From Actinomycetota bacterium (lineage in GTDB: Bacteria > Actinomycetota > Acidimicrobiia > Acidimicrobiales > AC-14), in contig JBFMCT010000011.1 of NCBI GenBank assembly GCA_040754375.1, positions 1,384 to 65,383 of the forward strand: 64,000 nt of DNA, in the 5' to 3' direction. The notes under the pieces were generated by a model. That model worked only from the letters and a program-made list of their open reading frames with translations. It searched no databases and was not told the origin of the DNA. Made by a program: the position numbers and the translations under genes. Below, one piece after another: positions 1 through 9,078 of the stretch; within the stretch, counting starts at the first letter, position 1, and each line of letters begins with the position of its first letter.

Positions 1-2506
1 CCGCGGAACCGGCCGAGGCCGACGACGAGGCGTCCCCCGTCGGGCCGCTGTCACCCGAGGACGACGTGGTCGCCTCTCCGGCGGTTGCGACCGCCGTGCC
101 CAAGATGGCGTGGTTGGTGGCGGTGGCCGACGTCGAGGCGTCGCCCGTGTCCCCGGTCGGCCCGGAGGCTCCGCTCGCGGCCCGGGGGTCGGCGCCCGCC
201 GCGGACGTGGCGTGGCCGGTGTCGCCCGTGTTCGTGGCCGAGGACTGGGCGGTGGCATCGCCCGAAGCCCCGCTGACCGCCTCGGGAGTGATCGTGGTGG
301 ACGAGGGGCCGCCGTGACCACCGCCGGCCGACGTGGTCGCGACCGACGGCCCGCCGGTGGCCGACGAGGTGGCACCGGCGCCCGCGGCGACGACGTTGAG
401 GGCCGGCCCTCCCGGCCCCGAGGCGGCGACGGCCAGCGCCCCGCCCGGGCCGCCGTCGCCCGCCCCGGCGAAGACGTCCGCCGCGTTGAGTGCGTCACCC
501 GACGCACCCGAGCCGGCCGTCCCGACGGCCGCCGCGCCCGTGTTGGCCGAAGAGGCCGCGTCCCCGGTGGCCGTGGCGTCACCGGTGGCACCGCTGTCGC
601 CGCTGTCGCCCGAGGTGGCATCGCCGCCGGCGGCGACGGCCGAGCCCAGCAGGGCGGTGTTGGTGGCGGTGGCCGTGGAGGTGGCCTCGCCCGTCCTGCC
701 CGTGGGGCCGCTGTCGCCCGAGGTCGCCACCGGGCTGGACACGGCCGACGAAGTGGCGTTGCCCGTGGCCCCGGTGTTGGTGGCCGAGGTCTGTGACGTG
801 GCCGCACCGGTGGAGCCGGACGTGGCCGCCATGGTGATGTCGGCCTCGGCCCGGCCCCCGCCCCCGCCGACGGCCGACGAGGTGGCCACCGAGGGACCAC
901 CGGTGGCCGACGACGGGCCGCCGCCGACGTTGACGGCCGCCCCGCCGGGACCGGCGATGGCGACCGACGTCCCGCCCGCCCCACCGTTGCCGCCGATGAC
1001 CGTGGCCACGACCGTGTTGGAAGCGTTGCCGGAGGCACCCGAGGTGGCGTCGGCCGACGACGATGCGCCCGTGTTGGCCGACGAGGTGGCGTTGCCCACG
1101 GCAGTGGCGTCGCCGGTGGGACCGCTGTCGCCCGAGGAGCCGCTGGTGGCGTCGCCGGACGTGGCGACGGCGCTGCCCAGCAGGCCCGCGCCTTGGGCTG
1201 AGGGAGAGGAGAGTGCGGGCGAGGTAGCGCCCGTGCTGCCCGAGCTGCCGCTGAGGGCGCTGGGGCTGGAGCCGGCCACCGAAGTGGCACCGCCGGTTGC
1301 ACCGCTGTTGGAAGCACCGGCCGACGAACCGCTGTGGCCGGTGGGCCCGGAAAGGGAGGACTGGGTCGCCAGGAGCGAGGAGCCGCCGCCGGGACCACCC
1401 GAGGCCGAGCTGTTGGAACTGGAGTTGCCGCCCGAGAGTGAGGAGAAGGTGTTGGACATCTGGTTGCCGTGGGCAGCACCCGGGTTGTTGCCGGTGCTGC
1501 CGGAGGTGCCTGCTCGTCCTTCCCCGTTGATGGCGATGCCGTTGGAGGCGAGCACGAGATCGGTCGCCGCGGGCGCCGCCGGGCGGGCCCGGTCAGCGGC
1601 CGCCGCGGCCACGGCCCCGGCGCTGACCGCCGAAGCGCCGCTGCCGCACGAGGACCGCTTCGAGGTGCCGGCGGCCACGCAGGTGGCGGCCGAACCGAGG
1701 GCGATGGCTAGCCCGCTGGTGGCCCCCCCGCTGACGGGTGCCGGAGCGGCGGGCGCCGGAGCGCAGCCGGTGGCGCCGGGGAGGACGGCGGCCAAGCCGG
1801 AGAACCCTCGGCAGCCGGGGGCCGAACGAGTGAAGGTGAGGTCGCTGCGAAGAGCGCCCTTGTTGGTGTCGCTGGCTGTCTCCTCGGCCCGGGCCGCAGC
1901 CAGGATGCCCCGGGCGTAGTCGGTCTCGGCCGGCCCCGCGACCGGCGACCCCGGTACGCCCCCGGCACCAGACTGGGCGGCGGCGCCCGCCGGGGCGGCG
2001 GAGGTGTTGGACGGCGAGGAGGGCGGGCCATCGCCGAGCGGGGAGGCGTTGACCGAGTTGCTGGTCGAGGTCGAGACGTTCGAAGACGATGGCGAGCCGG
2101 TGCCAGCCGACGAGCTCTGGATGACGACCTGGGACGAACCTCCCTCGCCACCGGCGGTGGGAGCTGCCGACCGGATCTCGATCACCGTCTGGCCCCGGGC
2201 GACCACCACGGTCGTCACCGTCGAGGCCGTGGGCGCGCCGGCGACGGTCGTCGGCGGTGAGGCCACGGTCGTGGGCGGGACCTCGGGCGGAGCGGCCAGC
2301 ACGGGGGCGTCGGGGACCGGAGCGGGGGCGTCGGGCCCGGCCACCGGTGCCTCGACGGTGGGCGTGCCGTCACCCGAGGAGCGGACCTCCTCGGCTGACG
2401 ACGTCCCTGACCACATCAGGACGACCATGGTGGCGGCGGCCGCGAGCGCGAGAGCGGCACGCCTCAGCGTCCGCACCTCCCCGCAGGCCTCGCCCGTCGT
2501 CCCCAT
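1..2506 (-). CDS. secreted Gly/Ser/Thr/Ala/Asp-rich tandem-repeat protein (N-terminus in window, C-terminus beyond left edge)
   Basis: Manual reverse-complement translation from ATG (cat at 2504-2506). I scanned 1..2506 for tta/cta/tca in this frame and found none, so it is open to the window edge; this explains its absence from the track, which seems to list only ORFs closed in-window. N-terminus MGTTGEACGEVRTLRRAALALAAAATMVVLMWSGTSSA is signal-peptide-like. It is followed by a Pro-rich linker, a 4-Cys segment and long repeats. The plus-strand ORFs here share codon position 3 with it and are broken by stops. Confidence 0.55.
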   Translation of the reverse strand, partial: MGTTGEACGEVRTLRRAALALAAAATMVVLMWSGTSSAEEVRSSGDGTPTVEAPVAGPDAPAPVPDAPVLAAPPEVPPTTVASPPTTVAGAPTASTVTTVVVARGQTVIEIRSAAPTAGGEGGSSQVVIQSSSAGTGSPSSSNVSTSTSNSVNASPLGDGPPSSPSNTSAAPAGAAAQSGAGGVPGSPVAGPAETDYARGILAAARAEETASDTNKGALRSDLTFTRSAPGCRGFSGLAAVLPGATGCAPAPAAPAPVSGGATSGLAIALGSAATCVAAGTSKRSSCGSGASAVSAGAVAAAAADRARPAAPAATDLVLASNGIAINGEGRAGTSGSTGNNPGAAHGNQMSNTFSSLSGGNSSSNSSASGGPGGGSSLLATQSSLSGPTGHSGSSAGASNSGATGGATSVAGSSPSALSGSSGSTGATSPALSSPSAQGAGLLGSAVATSGDATSGSSGDSGPTGDATAVGNATSSANTGASSSADATSGASGNASNTVVATVIGGNGGAGGTSVAIAGPGGAAVNVGGGPSSATGGPSVATSSAVGGGGGRAEADITMAATSGSTGAATSQTSATNTGATGNATSSAVSSPVATSGDSGPTGRTGEATSTATATNTALLGSAVAAGGDATSGDSGDSGATGDATATGDAASSANTGAAAVGTAGSGASGDALNAADVFAGAGDGGPGGALAVAASGPGGPALNVVAAGAGATSSATGGPSVATTSAGGGHGGPSSTTITPEAVSGASGDATAQSSATNTGDTGHATSAAGADPRAASGASGPTGDTGDASTSATATNHAILGTAVATAGEATTSSSGDSGPTGDASSSASAGSA
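85..1200 (-). repeat. at least three degenerate tandem coding repeats, period about 540 bp (~180 aa)
   Basis: Repeat starts are recognisable in the minus-strand translation: ..AGLLGSAVATSGDATSGSSGDSGPTGDATA.. (~1190), ..TNTALLGSAVAAGGDATSGDSGDSGATGDATA.. (~655), ..TNHAILGTAVATAGEATTSSSGDSGPTGDASS.. (~110). Each unit also contains ..SSATGGPSVAT(S/T)SA.GGG.. and ..SATNTG.TG.ATS... Confidence 0.55.
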
Positions 2507-2661
2507 ACCTATTTGTCCCCTTAGTCCCCGGTAGGCGCGGCGCGCCCCTCGGACAGGCGGAGGTTTACCACCGGGCCCTCCCCCCGGCAAGCATCCCGGC
2601 CCCGGCCCGACCCCGCCTTCAACCCGACCCTCGACCACTCCTGACCTGGGAATTCGTAGCG

Positions 2662-2805
2662 TGTTGGAGATCACGGGCCAAGTCTCCGGGCGTCGGTCGA
2701 GACCCCACTTTCCTCACCGACGGCCCGGCCCTGACGGCCCTCGTTCCAACAGAAGCGGCAAAGGCTGGCCAGACTTTCCAACACTGTCGGAGAGGAGTTC
2801 CAACA
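2662..2805 (+). promoter_or_regulatory. array of TTCCAACA boxes upstream of CDS 2849 (three direct, one inverted)
   Basis: TTCCAACA at 2744-2751, 2776-2783 and 2798-2805 (spacings 32 and 22 bp). Inverted near-copy TGTTGGAG at 2662-2669. Lies in a relatively AT-richer divergent intergenic region (2507..2848). Confidence 0.35.
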
Positions 2806-2848
2806 AGGAAGGGGCGGGCGCAGGGCAGACGCGCAACTAGTCTTTGCC

Positions 2849-3655
2849 ATGGACGATGACGAGGTGGTCGATGCGTTCATCGCAACCGGGGCGGGAGCGG
2901 TCTTCGGGCCGACGCTCCACGTCGAGCAAGGCGCCCTAAAGCTGGAGGGCTGGTGGGCCCTGGCCTACCGGGTCTCCCCCGTGGCCATCCTCGTCCGTGA
3001 CGAACACCCACCCTCGGGCCCCGGGGCAACTGACCGCCTGACCGCGGCTCTCACGGCCCGAGGCCTCAGCCGGGTCGGGTCCGACCTGCCGGCCATGACC
3101 ACCGTCGTCTACACCAACTTGGACCTGGCGGGGATCTCGTGGGCCCTGTGGTCCACCGACCGCGAGACCGGGGAGGCCGCCCTCAACGCCCGGGCCACCG
3201 AGGAGAGCTTCTTCTCCCTGGCCGATGGTGGGGCGTCAGGCGACGGCGGGGCGTCGGGCGCCGGGTTCTCGATCACCCACGGCGTCAACGCCTCGTCCCG
3301 GGGGGCCCGCCGCCTGGCCGGAGAGGCCAGCCGCACCGTGCTGGCCGTGGGCGTGACCGCCGAGCTGGCGGCGGCCTTGGGGCCCGGGCTGGAGGACTGC
3401 CGCGTCCACCTCGTCGACCTCGAGGGCCTGGAGCCGCAAGGGTGTTGGGAGCTACTGCCCACCCTGGTCCTGGTCGACGCCACTGGGACCGCGGGGCGAG
3501 CGCTGGTGGCCGGGCTCAGGGCCAGCGCGGTGGCCGCCGTCCCGGTGGTGGCCATCACGTCGGCGGGCCGTGACATCGCGGGAGCCGATGCCACTGTCGA
3601 TGCCGGGGCCCTGCCGGCGGAGGCCGTCGAGACCGTCGCCGCCCTCCTGGTCTGA
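2849..3655 (+). CDS. uncharacterised protein with conserved N-terminal domain and C-terminal receiver-like (REC-fold) domain; paralogue of 58552..59331
   Basis: 268-aa ORF. Aligns by eye along its whole length with the 259-aa ORF at 58552..59331 (MDD.E....F......FG.TLH.E......G.W....RV.P....VR.E ... GARRLAG ... PTL.LV(D/E)A...GR......LRA.......PVVA.T). The C-terminal LVLVDAT / PVVAITS pattern resembles beta3/beta4 of a response-regulator receiver. Confidence 0.7.
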   Translation: MDDDEVVDAFIATGAGAVFGPTLHVEQGALKLEGWWALAYRVSPVAILVRDEHPPSGPGATDRLTAALTARGLSRVGSDLPAMTTVVYTNLDLAGISWALWSTDRETGEAALNARATEESFFSLADGGASGDGGASGAGFSITHGVNASSRGARRLAGEASRTVLAVGVTAELAAALGPGLEDCRVHLVDLEGLEPQGCWELLPTLVLVDATGTAGRALVAGLRASAVAAVPVVAITSAGRDIAGADATVDAGALPAEAVETVAALLV

Positions 3656-3713
3656 GCACCGCGTCTGACGTGAGGCGTCGGCCACCGACCGCCGGCGGTG
3701 CTAGCAAGGAACG

Positions 3714-4562
3714 GTGAGCACGGGCTTTCCCGATGCCGACGCCCGCGACGACTTCAACCGCGTGCAGCGCCAGGGCCGGCTCGACCGCATGCGCGACCGG
3801 GCCCGGCGCCGCCCACCCGAGGCCGGTGACATGCTCGTGTTCGAGGACGTGACCCGGGCACTGGGCCGAGTCGGCCAGCGGGACCTCGGGCACCAGACGG
3901 TCGACATCACGACCATCGTCGGCACCGTCGATCGGGCCAAAGGGTTCGACCGCCAGTTCCGCCCGACCAACCTTCACACCCGCCAGCGATGGGAACGCCT
4001 GGCGGCCGCCTCCCGCCGGGGCGTGGCCTTGCCGGCGGTCGACCTCTACCGGGTGGGGCTACTGCACTTCGTTCGCGACGGCCACCACCGCGTCTCGGTG
4101 GCGCGCGCCCTGGGCCAGAACACGATCGACGCAGTCGTCACCGAGGTCCTCACCGCCGAGGCGCCTCCGGCCCAGGCGTCGCCCGCCGACCTTCCCCTGA
4201 TCGACCACCGGCGGGTGTTCCGGGAGCGGGTGCCGTTGCCCCCCACCGCCCTCGCCCGTATCGAGTTGCACGACGGGTGGGACTACGCGCTGCTGGCCGA
4301 GGGCGTCGAGGCGTGGGGCTACCGCCGCAGCCTCGAAGACGGCGGGTTGGTGGGGCGGACCGAGTTGGCCCGGCGCTGGTTCGAAGAGGAGTACGAACCC
4401 GTGGTCACCACGCTCCGGGCCGCCGGCCTCGTGGGCCGCCGCACCGAGACCGAGGCCTACCTGCGCCTGGGTGCGGAACGCTTCCGCCTCCTGCGTACCC
4501 ACGCCTGGACCGACGAGGTGATCGAGCGCCTACGCCGGCTCCCCCCCGGAAGTCGCCGCTGA
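3714..4562 (+). CDS. ParB/sulfiredoxin-fold (ParB-like nuclease domain) protein
   Basis: 282-aa ORF with LLHFVRDGHHRVSVARALG, the DGHHR-type motif of the ParB N-terminal/Srx fold. GTG start preceded by aaggaacg. Confidence 0.7.
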   Translation: MSTGFPDADARDDFNRVQRQGRLDRMRDRARRRPPEAGDMLVFEDVTRALGRVGQRDLGHQTVDITTIVGTVDRAKGFDRQFRPTNLHTRQRWERLAAASRRGVALPAVDLYRVGLLHFVRDGHHRVSVARALGQNTIDAVVTEVLTAEAPPAQASPADLPLIDHRRVFRERVPLPPTALARIELHDGWDYALLAEGVEAWGYRRSLEDGGLVGRTELARRWFEEEYEPVVTTLRAAGLVGRRTETEAYLRLGAERFRLLRTHAWTDEVIERLRRLPPGSRR

Positions 4563-4589
4563 CCCCCGGCGCCGGCGTCGCCGCTCGGC

Positions 4590-5759
4590 TCATCCAGCCG
4601 CCGCGCCCGTGAGGTTGTCACCCGAGGAGGGGTCGAACAGGTGCAGCCGGGCCGGGTCGAACCACAGGACCGACTCCCGGCCCGCCCTGATGTCGCTGGC
4701 CGCGTCGAGGCGGGCCACCACCATCGAGCCCGACCCGGGTGACTCCACCGTCTCCAGCTCCCGGGCCAGGTCGGCCAGCTCGCTCGACCGTTGCTGCTGG
4801 GCCACCGGGAAGTAGGCGTACTGCTCGGCCCCCAGCCACTCCATGACCTCGACCTTGGTGGTGAACGACGGTACGCCGTCGGGCTGGTCGCCCAGAGCGG
4901 CGTCGTGGAAGTCCTCGGGACGGATGCCGGCGATCAAGGAGCGGTCCCCGCCCAGCCGGTCGCGCCACTCCCCGGGCGCCGGGAACGAGACCATCGGGAG
5001 CCTCACCTCTCCCCCGGCCACCTCGGCGGGCAGGAAGTTCATGGCCGGCGAGCCGATGAAGCCGGCCACGAACAGGTTCACCGGGTGCTGGTAGAGCTCG
5101 CGGGGTGAGGCCACCTGCTGCACCACCCCCTTGCGCAGCACGGCCACCCGGTCGCCCAGGGTCATGGCCTCGGTCTGGTCATGGGTCACGTAGACGGTGG
5201 TCGTCTTGAGCCGGCCCTGGAGGCGGGCGATCTCCGTCCGCATCTGCACCCTCAACTTGGCATCGAGGTTGGAGAGGGGCTCGTCGAGCAAGAAGGCAGC
5301 CGGTTCCCGGACGATGGCCCGCCCCATGGCCACCCGCTGGCGCTGGCCCCCGGACAGGTTGGCAGGCTTGCGGTCGAGGTGGTCTACCAGCTCCAACACC
5401 TGAGCGGCGTCCTCCACCCGGCGCCTGATCTCATCTTCGGGCACCTTGGCCAACCTCAACGGGAAGGCCATGTTCTCTCTCACCGTCAAGTGGGGGTAGA
5501 GGGCGTAGTTCTGGAAGACCATGGCCAGGTTTCGGGCCCGGGGTGGCAGGTCGTTGACCACCCGGTCGCCGATGCGGATCTCGCCGTCGGAGATGTCCTC
5601 GAGGCCGACGATCATGCGCAGCAGGGTCGACTTGCCGCACCCCGAGGGGCCTACCAGGATCACGAACTCCCCATCGGCGATCTCGAGGTTGACGTCGCTC
5701 ACCGCCTCGGTGCCGTCGGGGTAGCGCTTGGTGGCGTGCTCGATGGTGATGGGGGCCAC
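4590..5759 (-). CDS. sugar ABC transporter ATP-binding protein (MalK/UgpC/SugC type)
   Basis: Walker [10 protein letters not shown], signature [14 protein letters not shown], Walker [12 protein letters not shown], and a C-terminal MalK-like regulatory domain; 389 aa. Confidence 0.93.
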   Translation of the reverse strand: MAPITIEHATKRYPDGTEAVSDVNLEIADGEFVILVGPSGCGKSTLLRMIVGLEDISDGEIRIGDRVVNDLPPRARNLAMVFQNYALYPHLTVRENMAFPLRLAKVPEDEIRRRVEDAAQVLELVDHLDRKPANLSGGQRQRVAMGRAIVREPAAFLLDEPLSNLDAKLRVQMRTEIARLQGRLKTTTVYVTHDQTEAMTLGDRVAVLRKGVVQQVASPRELYQHPVNLFVAGFIGSPAMNFLPAEVAGGEVRLPMVSFPAPGEWRDRLGGDRSLIAGIRPEDFHDAALGDQPDGVPSFTTKVEVMEWLGAEQYAYFPVAQQQRSSELADLARELETVESPGSGSMVVARLDAASDIRAGRESVLWFDPARLHLFDPSSGDNLTGAAAG

Positions 5760-5778
5760 AGCCGGCGCCCCTCCTTTC

Positions 5779-6609
5779 TCAGCCCTTGACCGCGCCGGCG
5801 GTCAGGCCGGCCACGATGCGGCGCTGGAAGACCAGCACCATGACGACGATGGGTATGGTGACGACCACGGCCGCGGCCGCGATCGAGCCCGTGGGCTGCT
5901 CGAACTGGGAGTCGCCCGTGAAGAAGGCCAAGGCCGCGGGGACCGTGCGCGACGTGTCCGTCGAGGTCAGTGAGATGGCGAACAGGAAGTCGTTCCAGGC
6001 GAAGAAGAAGACCAAGATGGCGGCCGTGAACACACCCGGGGCGGCCAGGGGCACGATCACCTTGCGGAAGGCCTCGAAGGGGGTGGCCCCGTCGACCTGG
6101 GCGGCTTGCTCGAGCTCCCAGGGGATCTCCCGGAAGAAGGCCGACAGCGTCCAGATGGCCAGCGGCAGCGTGAAGGTCATGTAGGGGATGACCAGGCCGG
6201 CCCACGTGTCGTAGAGGCCCAGGGACCGCCACATGTCGAACAGCGGGCCGATGATCGAGATGGGCGGGAACATGGCGATGGCCAGCGCCCCGGTGAGCAC
6301 CGCCTTCTTGCCCGGGAAGCGCAGGCGGGCGATGGCGTAAGCCGCCAGGGTGGCCAGGGCCACGGCCAGCAGGGTGGCGATCAGCGCCACCCCGATGGAG
6401 TTGCGCAGGGGCCGGGTGAACTCGCCGGCTTGGAGGATCGACCGGTAGTTGTCGAAGGTGACCGACCGGGGGATGAACCGGCCGTCGGTCAGGGCGTCGC
6501 CCTTCTTGAGCGAGAGCGAGGCGATCCACGCCACCGGCGCCAGCGCGTAGGCGACGATGATCACGGTGCCGATCGTCCAGAAAGCCTTGTCCCGCTGCTC
6601 GCGCGTCAC
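5779..6609 (-). CDS. carbohydrate ABC transporter permease (SugB/MalG-like)
   Basis: C-terminal 276 aa of ORF 5779..7560. GTG at 6609 overlaps the upstream stop (GTGA). EAA-type motif [26 protein letters not shown]; ends ..[16 protein letters not shown]. The upstream part of the listed ORF is Arg/Gly-rich shadow. Confidence 0.9.
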   Translation of the reverse strand: MTREQRDKAFWTIGTVIIVAYALAPVAWIASLSLKKGDALTDGRFIPRSVTFDNYRSILQAGEFTRPLRNSIGVALIATLLAVALATLAAYAIARLRFPGKKAVLTGALAIAMFPPISIIGPLFDMWRSLGLYDTWAGLVIPYMTFTLPLAIWTLSAFFREIPWELEQAAQVDGATPFEAFRKVIVPLAAPGVFTAAILVFFFAWNDFLFAISLTSTDTSRTVPAALAFFTGDSQFEQPTGSIAAAAVVVTIPIVVMVLVFQRRIVAGLTAGAVKG

Positions 6610-7502
6610 TTGTCCCCTCTCACCTGGCCGAGGTCGGCTCTGAACCCCTTGACGAACAGGAAGGCGATGGCGATCACCGCCAGGAACAGCAGCACCGACA
6701 CCGCCGAACCCACGCCCAGGTTCACCCGGTTGATGAGCTGGTTGAAGCCGAGCATCGAGACGGTCTCGGTGTCGTTGGCCCCCCGGGTCTGGATGAACAC
6801 GGTGTCGAAGATGCGGAAGGCGTCGAGCGTGCGGAACAGCAGGGCCACCAGCACGGCCCCCTTCATGGTCGGCAGCGTCACCTTGTAGAACCGCTGCCAG
6901 GCCGACGCCCCGTCCACCTTGGCCGCCTCCTGAAGCTCCTCGGGCACGATGGCCAGCCCGGCCAGCAGGAGAAGCGACATGAACGGGGTGGTCTTCCACA
7001 CCTCGGTCAGGGTGATGACGAGGAACGACGTCCCCCGCTCGGTCAGCCACGCCCGGTCGGTGTTCAGCCAGGTGTTGACGAACCCGAGGTCGGGGGTGAA
7101 GGCGTACTGCCAGGCGAAGGCGGCGACCACGGTGATGATCCCGTAGGGGATGAGGATCGAGGTGCGTACCGTCCGGCGCCCGAAGATGGCCCGGTGCATG
7201 AACAGGGCCAGTCCCATGCCCACCACCAGCTCGAGGCTGACGGTGACGACCGTGATGATCACCGTGGTCAGCAGGTCCTGCCACCACAGCTCCGAGCTGA
7301 GGACGGTGACGTAGTTGCGTAGCCCCACGAACCCCCGGGCGTCGGGCACCCGCAGGTCGTAGCGCTGCATCGACAGCCACACCGAGTAGGCCAGCGGGTA
7401 GGCCGTGACGGCCAGCATCACCGCCACCGCCGGAGCGCACAGCATCCACCCCAGCTTGCGTTCCTCGCGGGCCCGCTCGGTGACGACCACGGGCGCGGTC
7501 AC
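6606..7502 (-). CDS. carbohydrate ABC transporter permease (SugA/MalF-like)
   Basis: In-frame GTG at 7502 preceded by gggggtggagg. Multi-TM protein with [20 protein letters not shown] motif. The N-terminal extension of ORF 6606..7745 would overlap the binding-protein gene. Confidence 0.85.
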   Translation of the reverse strand: MTAPVVVTERAREERKLGWMLCAPAVAVMLAVTAYPLAYSVWLSMQRYDLRVPDARGFVGLRNYVTVLSSELWWQDLLTTVIITVVTVSLELVVGMGLALFMHRAIFGRRTVRTSILIPYGIITVVAAFAWQYAFTPDLGFVNTWLNTDRAWLTERGTSFLVITLTEVWKTTPFMSLLLLAGLAIVPEELQEAAKVDGASAWQRFYKVTLPTMKGAVLVALLFRTLDAFRIFDTVFIQTRGANDTETVSMLGFNQLINRVNLGVGSAVSVLLFLAVIAIAFLFVKGFRADLGQVRGDK

Positions 7503-7587
7503 GCCCCTCCACCCCCCGACCGGTGTGCCGAGCGCTCCAGACCCGGCGCGTTCGGCACACCGGTTCGTCGGCGGGCAGGCCGGCCCG

Positions 7588-8994
7588 TCACAGGAGGGCC
7601 TCGCCCTTGACGGCCCGGTCGACCAGGTCTCGCAGGGCGCGGGCGGTGCGTTCGGGGTCGACGCTGCGAGGCGGGTGGAGCGTGCGCTGGACGGCCAGGG
7701 ACACGTCGTTGTAGGCAGCGGCCACGGGCCGGGGGGCGGCGTCACGCAGCGACTCGCGGATCATGTCGCCGAACGGGTAGGCCTCACGCATCTCGGGCCG
7801 GTCGTAGGCGGCGTCGAGGGTGGGGGGCAGCCCGCCCTTGACCGCCGCGTTCACCTGGTGTTGCTCGCTGATCAGGCACTCCACGGCGTCGAAGGCCAGG
7901 TCGGACTTGCGGGAGAACGCCCCCACCCCCAGGTTGATGCCCCCCAGCGGGGGCCGGCTGGGCTGGCCGGCCACCACCGCCGGGTAACGGGCCCAGCCCA
8001 TGTTGGCGAACACCTCGGGGGCGTCGCGCTGGGCGCTGGGGTAGACGAACGGGTAGTTCACCATGAACGTGGCCCGCCCCGCCTGGAACGCCAGCCGGGT
8101 GGTGTCCTCGGTGCTGGTCGACAACGACGGGTCGGCAGCCGGGGACCGGGCCAGCTTGGAGATCACACCCAGGGCCGTCGAGGTGGGGCCCTGTTCGAGC
8201 GAGACAGGCGGCACGGGGCCCGTGCCCTCACCCAGCACTGTGCCACCGGCCGATTCCAGCAAGGCGTTGAACCACACGGTGTAGCCCTCGTAGCGGTTGC
8301 CCTGGACGGCGACGTAGTTGGGCTCCCCCGTCTGGCGGCCCAGGGACACGGCCGTGTCGATCATCTCGTCCCACGTCCGGGGGGGCGTGCTCACCCGGTC
8401 GGTGCGGTACCAGAGCAGTTGGGTGTTGCTGGTCGAAGGGGCGGCGTAGAGACGGCCCTTGTAGGTCCCCGTCTGCAGCGGGCCGGCCAGCACGCCCCGG
8501 GAGATCTCCGCCGCCCGGTCGGCGGGGAAAGGCTGGATCCACCCCGCCTCCGCGAACTCGCCGGTCCAGATCACGTCCATGCCCACGATGTCGACCGAAC
8601 GGTCCTTGGCCGCCAGCCGCCGCACCAGTTGCTCGCGCTGGGTGTCGGCGCTGGTGGGCAGGGCCTGGATGCGGATCTCGTAGCGGCCGCCCGACCGCCG
8701 TGAGCAGTCGGCCGCGGCCTCGTCGTAGGCCCCGCTGGGCTCCTTGAACACGTACCAGTTGACGACGTTGGCCCCCCCGCCCTCGCCCCGCCCGCACGCG
8801 GCCAAGGTGGCGGCCAGTACCAGGGCAGCTCCGAGGACACGGCCTCTCTTGGCGGCGTGGCCCCACCTGGGGCGGCGCGTAGCCCTCGTCCGCCCCCTCC
8901 GACACCACTGCGCGATCGCTATGCCCGTGGCGCACTCCTTCCGACCAGGACTGCTACCCGCCAGAACGCTACCTCTACACCCCTTGAAAAGCAC
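7588..8994 (-). CDS. extracellular solute-binding lipoprotein of the sugar ABC transporter (LpqY-like); start uncertain
   Basis: ..RRPRWGHAAKRGRVLGAALVLAATLAACG.. has a signal peptide plus lipobox (LAAC). The mature part shows the family-1 SBP pattern (DVIWTGEFAEAGW). Order and sizes SBP-permease-permease-ATPase match my recollection of mycobacterial LpqY-SugABC. No canonical start lies just upstream of the signal peptide, so the GTG at 8994 is kept provisionally. Confidence 0.8.
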   Translation of the reverse strand: MLFKGCRGSVLAGSSPGRKECATGIAIAQWCRRGRTRATRRPRWGHAAKRGRVLGAALVLAATLAACGRGEGGGANVVNWYVFKEPSGAYDEAAADCSRRSGGRYEIRIQALPTSADTQREQLVRRLAAKDRSVDIVGMDVIWTGEFAEAGWIQPFPADRAAEISRGVLAGPLQTGTYKGRLYAAPSTSNTQLLWYRTDRVSTPPRTWDEMIDTAVSLGRQTGEPNYVAVQGNRYEGYTVWFNALLESAGGTVLGEGTGPVPPVSLEQGPTSTALGVISKLARSPAADPSLSTSTEDTTRLAFQAGRATFMVNYPFVYPSAQRDAPEVFANMGWARYPAVVAGQPSRPPLGGINLGVGAFSRKSDLAFDAVECLISEQHQVNAAVKGGLPPTLDAAYDRPEMREAYPFGDMIRESLRDAAPRPVAAAYNDVSLAVQRTLHPPRSVDPERTARALRDLVDRAVKGEALL

Positions 8995-9012
8995 GGGCCA
9001 TCCGGACGCGGC

Positions 9013-9047
9013 CGGAGGCCGGGCACCCGACCGGGGCCCGGCCTCCG
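9013..9047 (-). terminator. GC-rich hairpin downstream of CDS 9079..9672
   Basis: CGGAGGCCGGGC (9013-9024) pairs with GCCCGGCCTCCG (9036-9047), with a further CCC/GGG pairing inside. There is no clean U-run directly after it on the minus strand. Confidence 0.4.
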
Positions 9048-9078
9048 TAACACCCGCCTCGGAGAGCGCGTTGGCGCC

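Noticed and set aside
66-2534. Plus-strand ORFs 66..317, 333..1919 and 2004..2534 (Ala/Pro/Val-rich)
   Set aside because: They share codon position 3 with a single uninterrupted minus-strand frame that has a signal peptide and an ordered repeat architecture. The plus-strand reading is broken by three stops and shows no motifs, so they are treated as antisense shadows.
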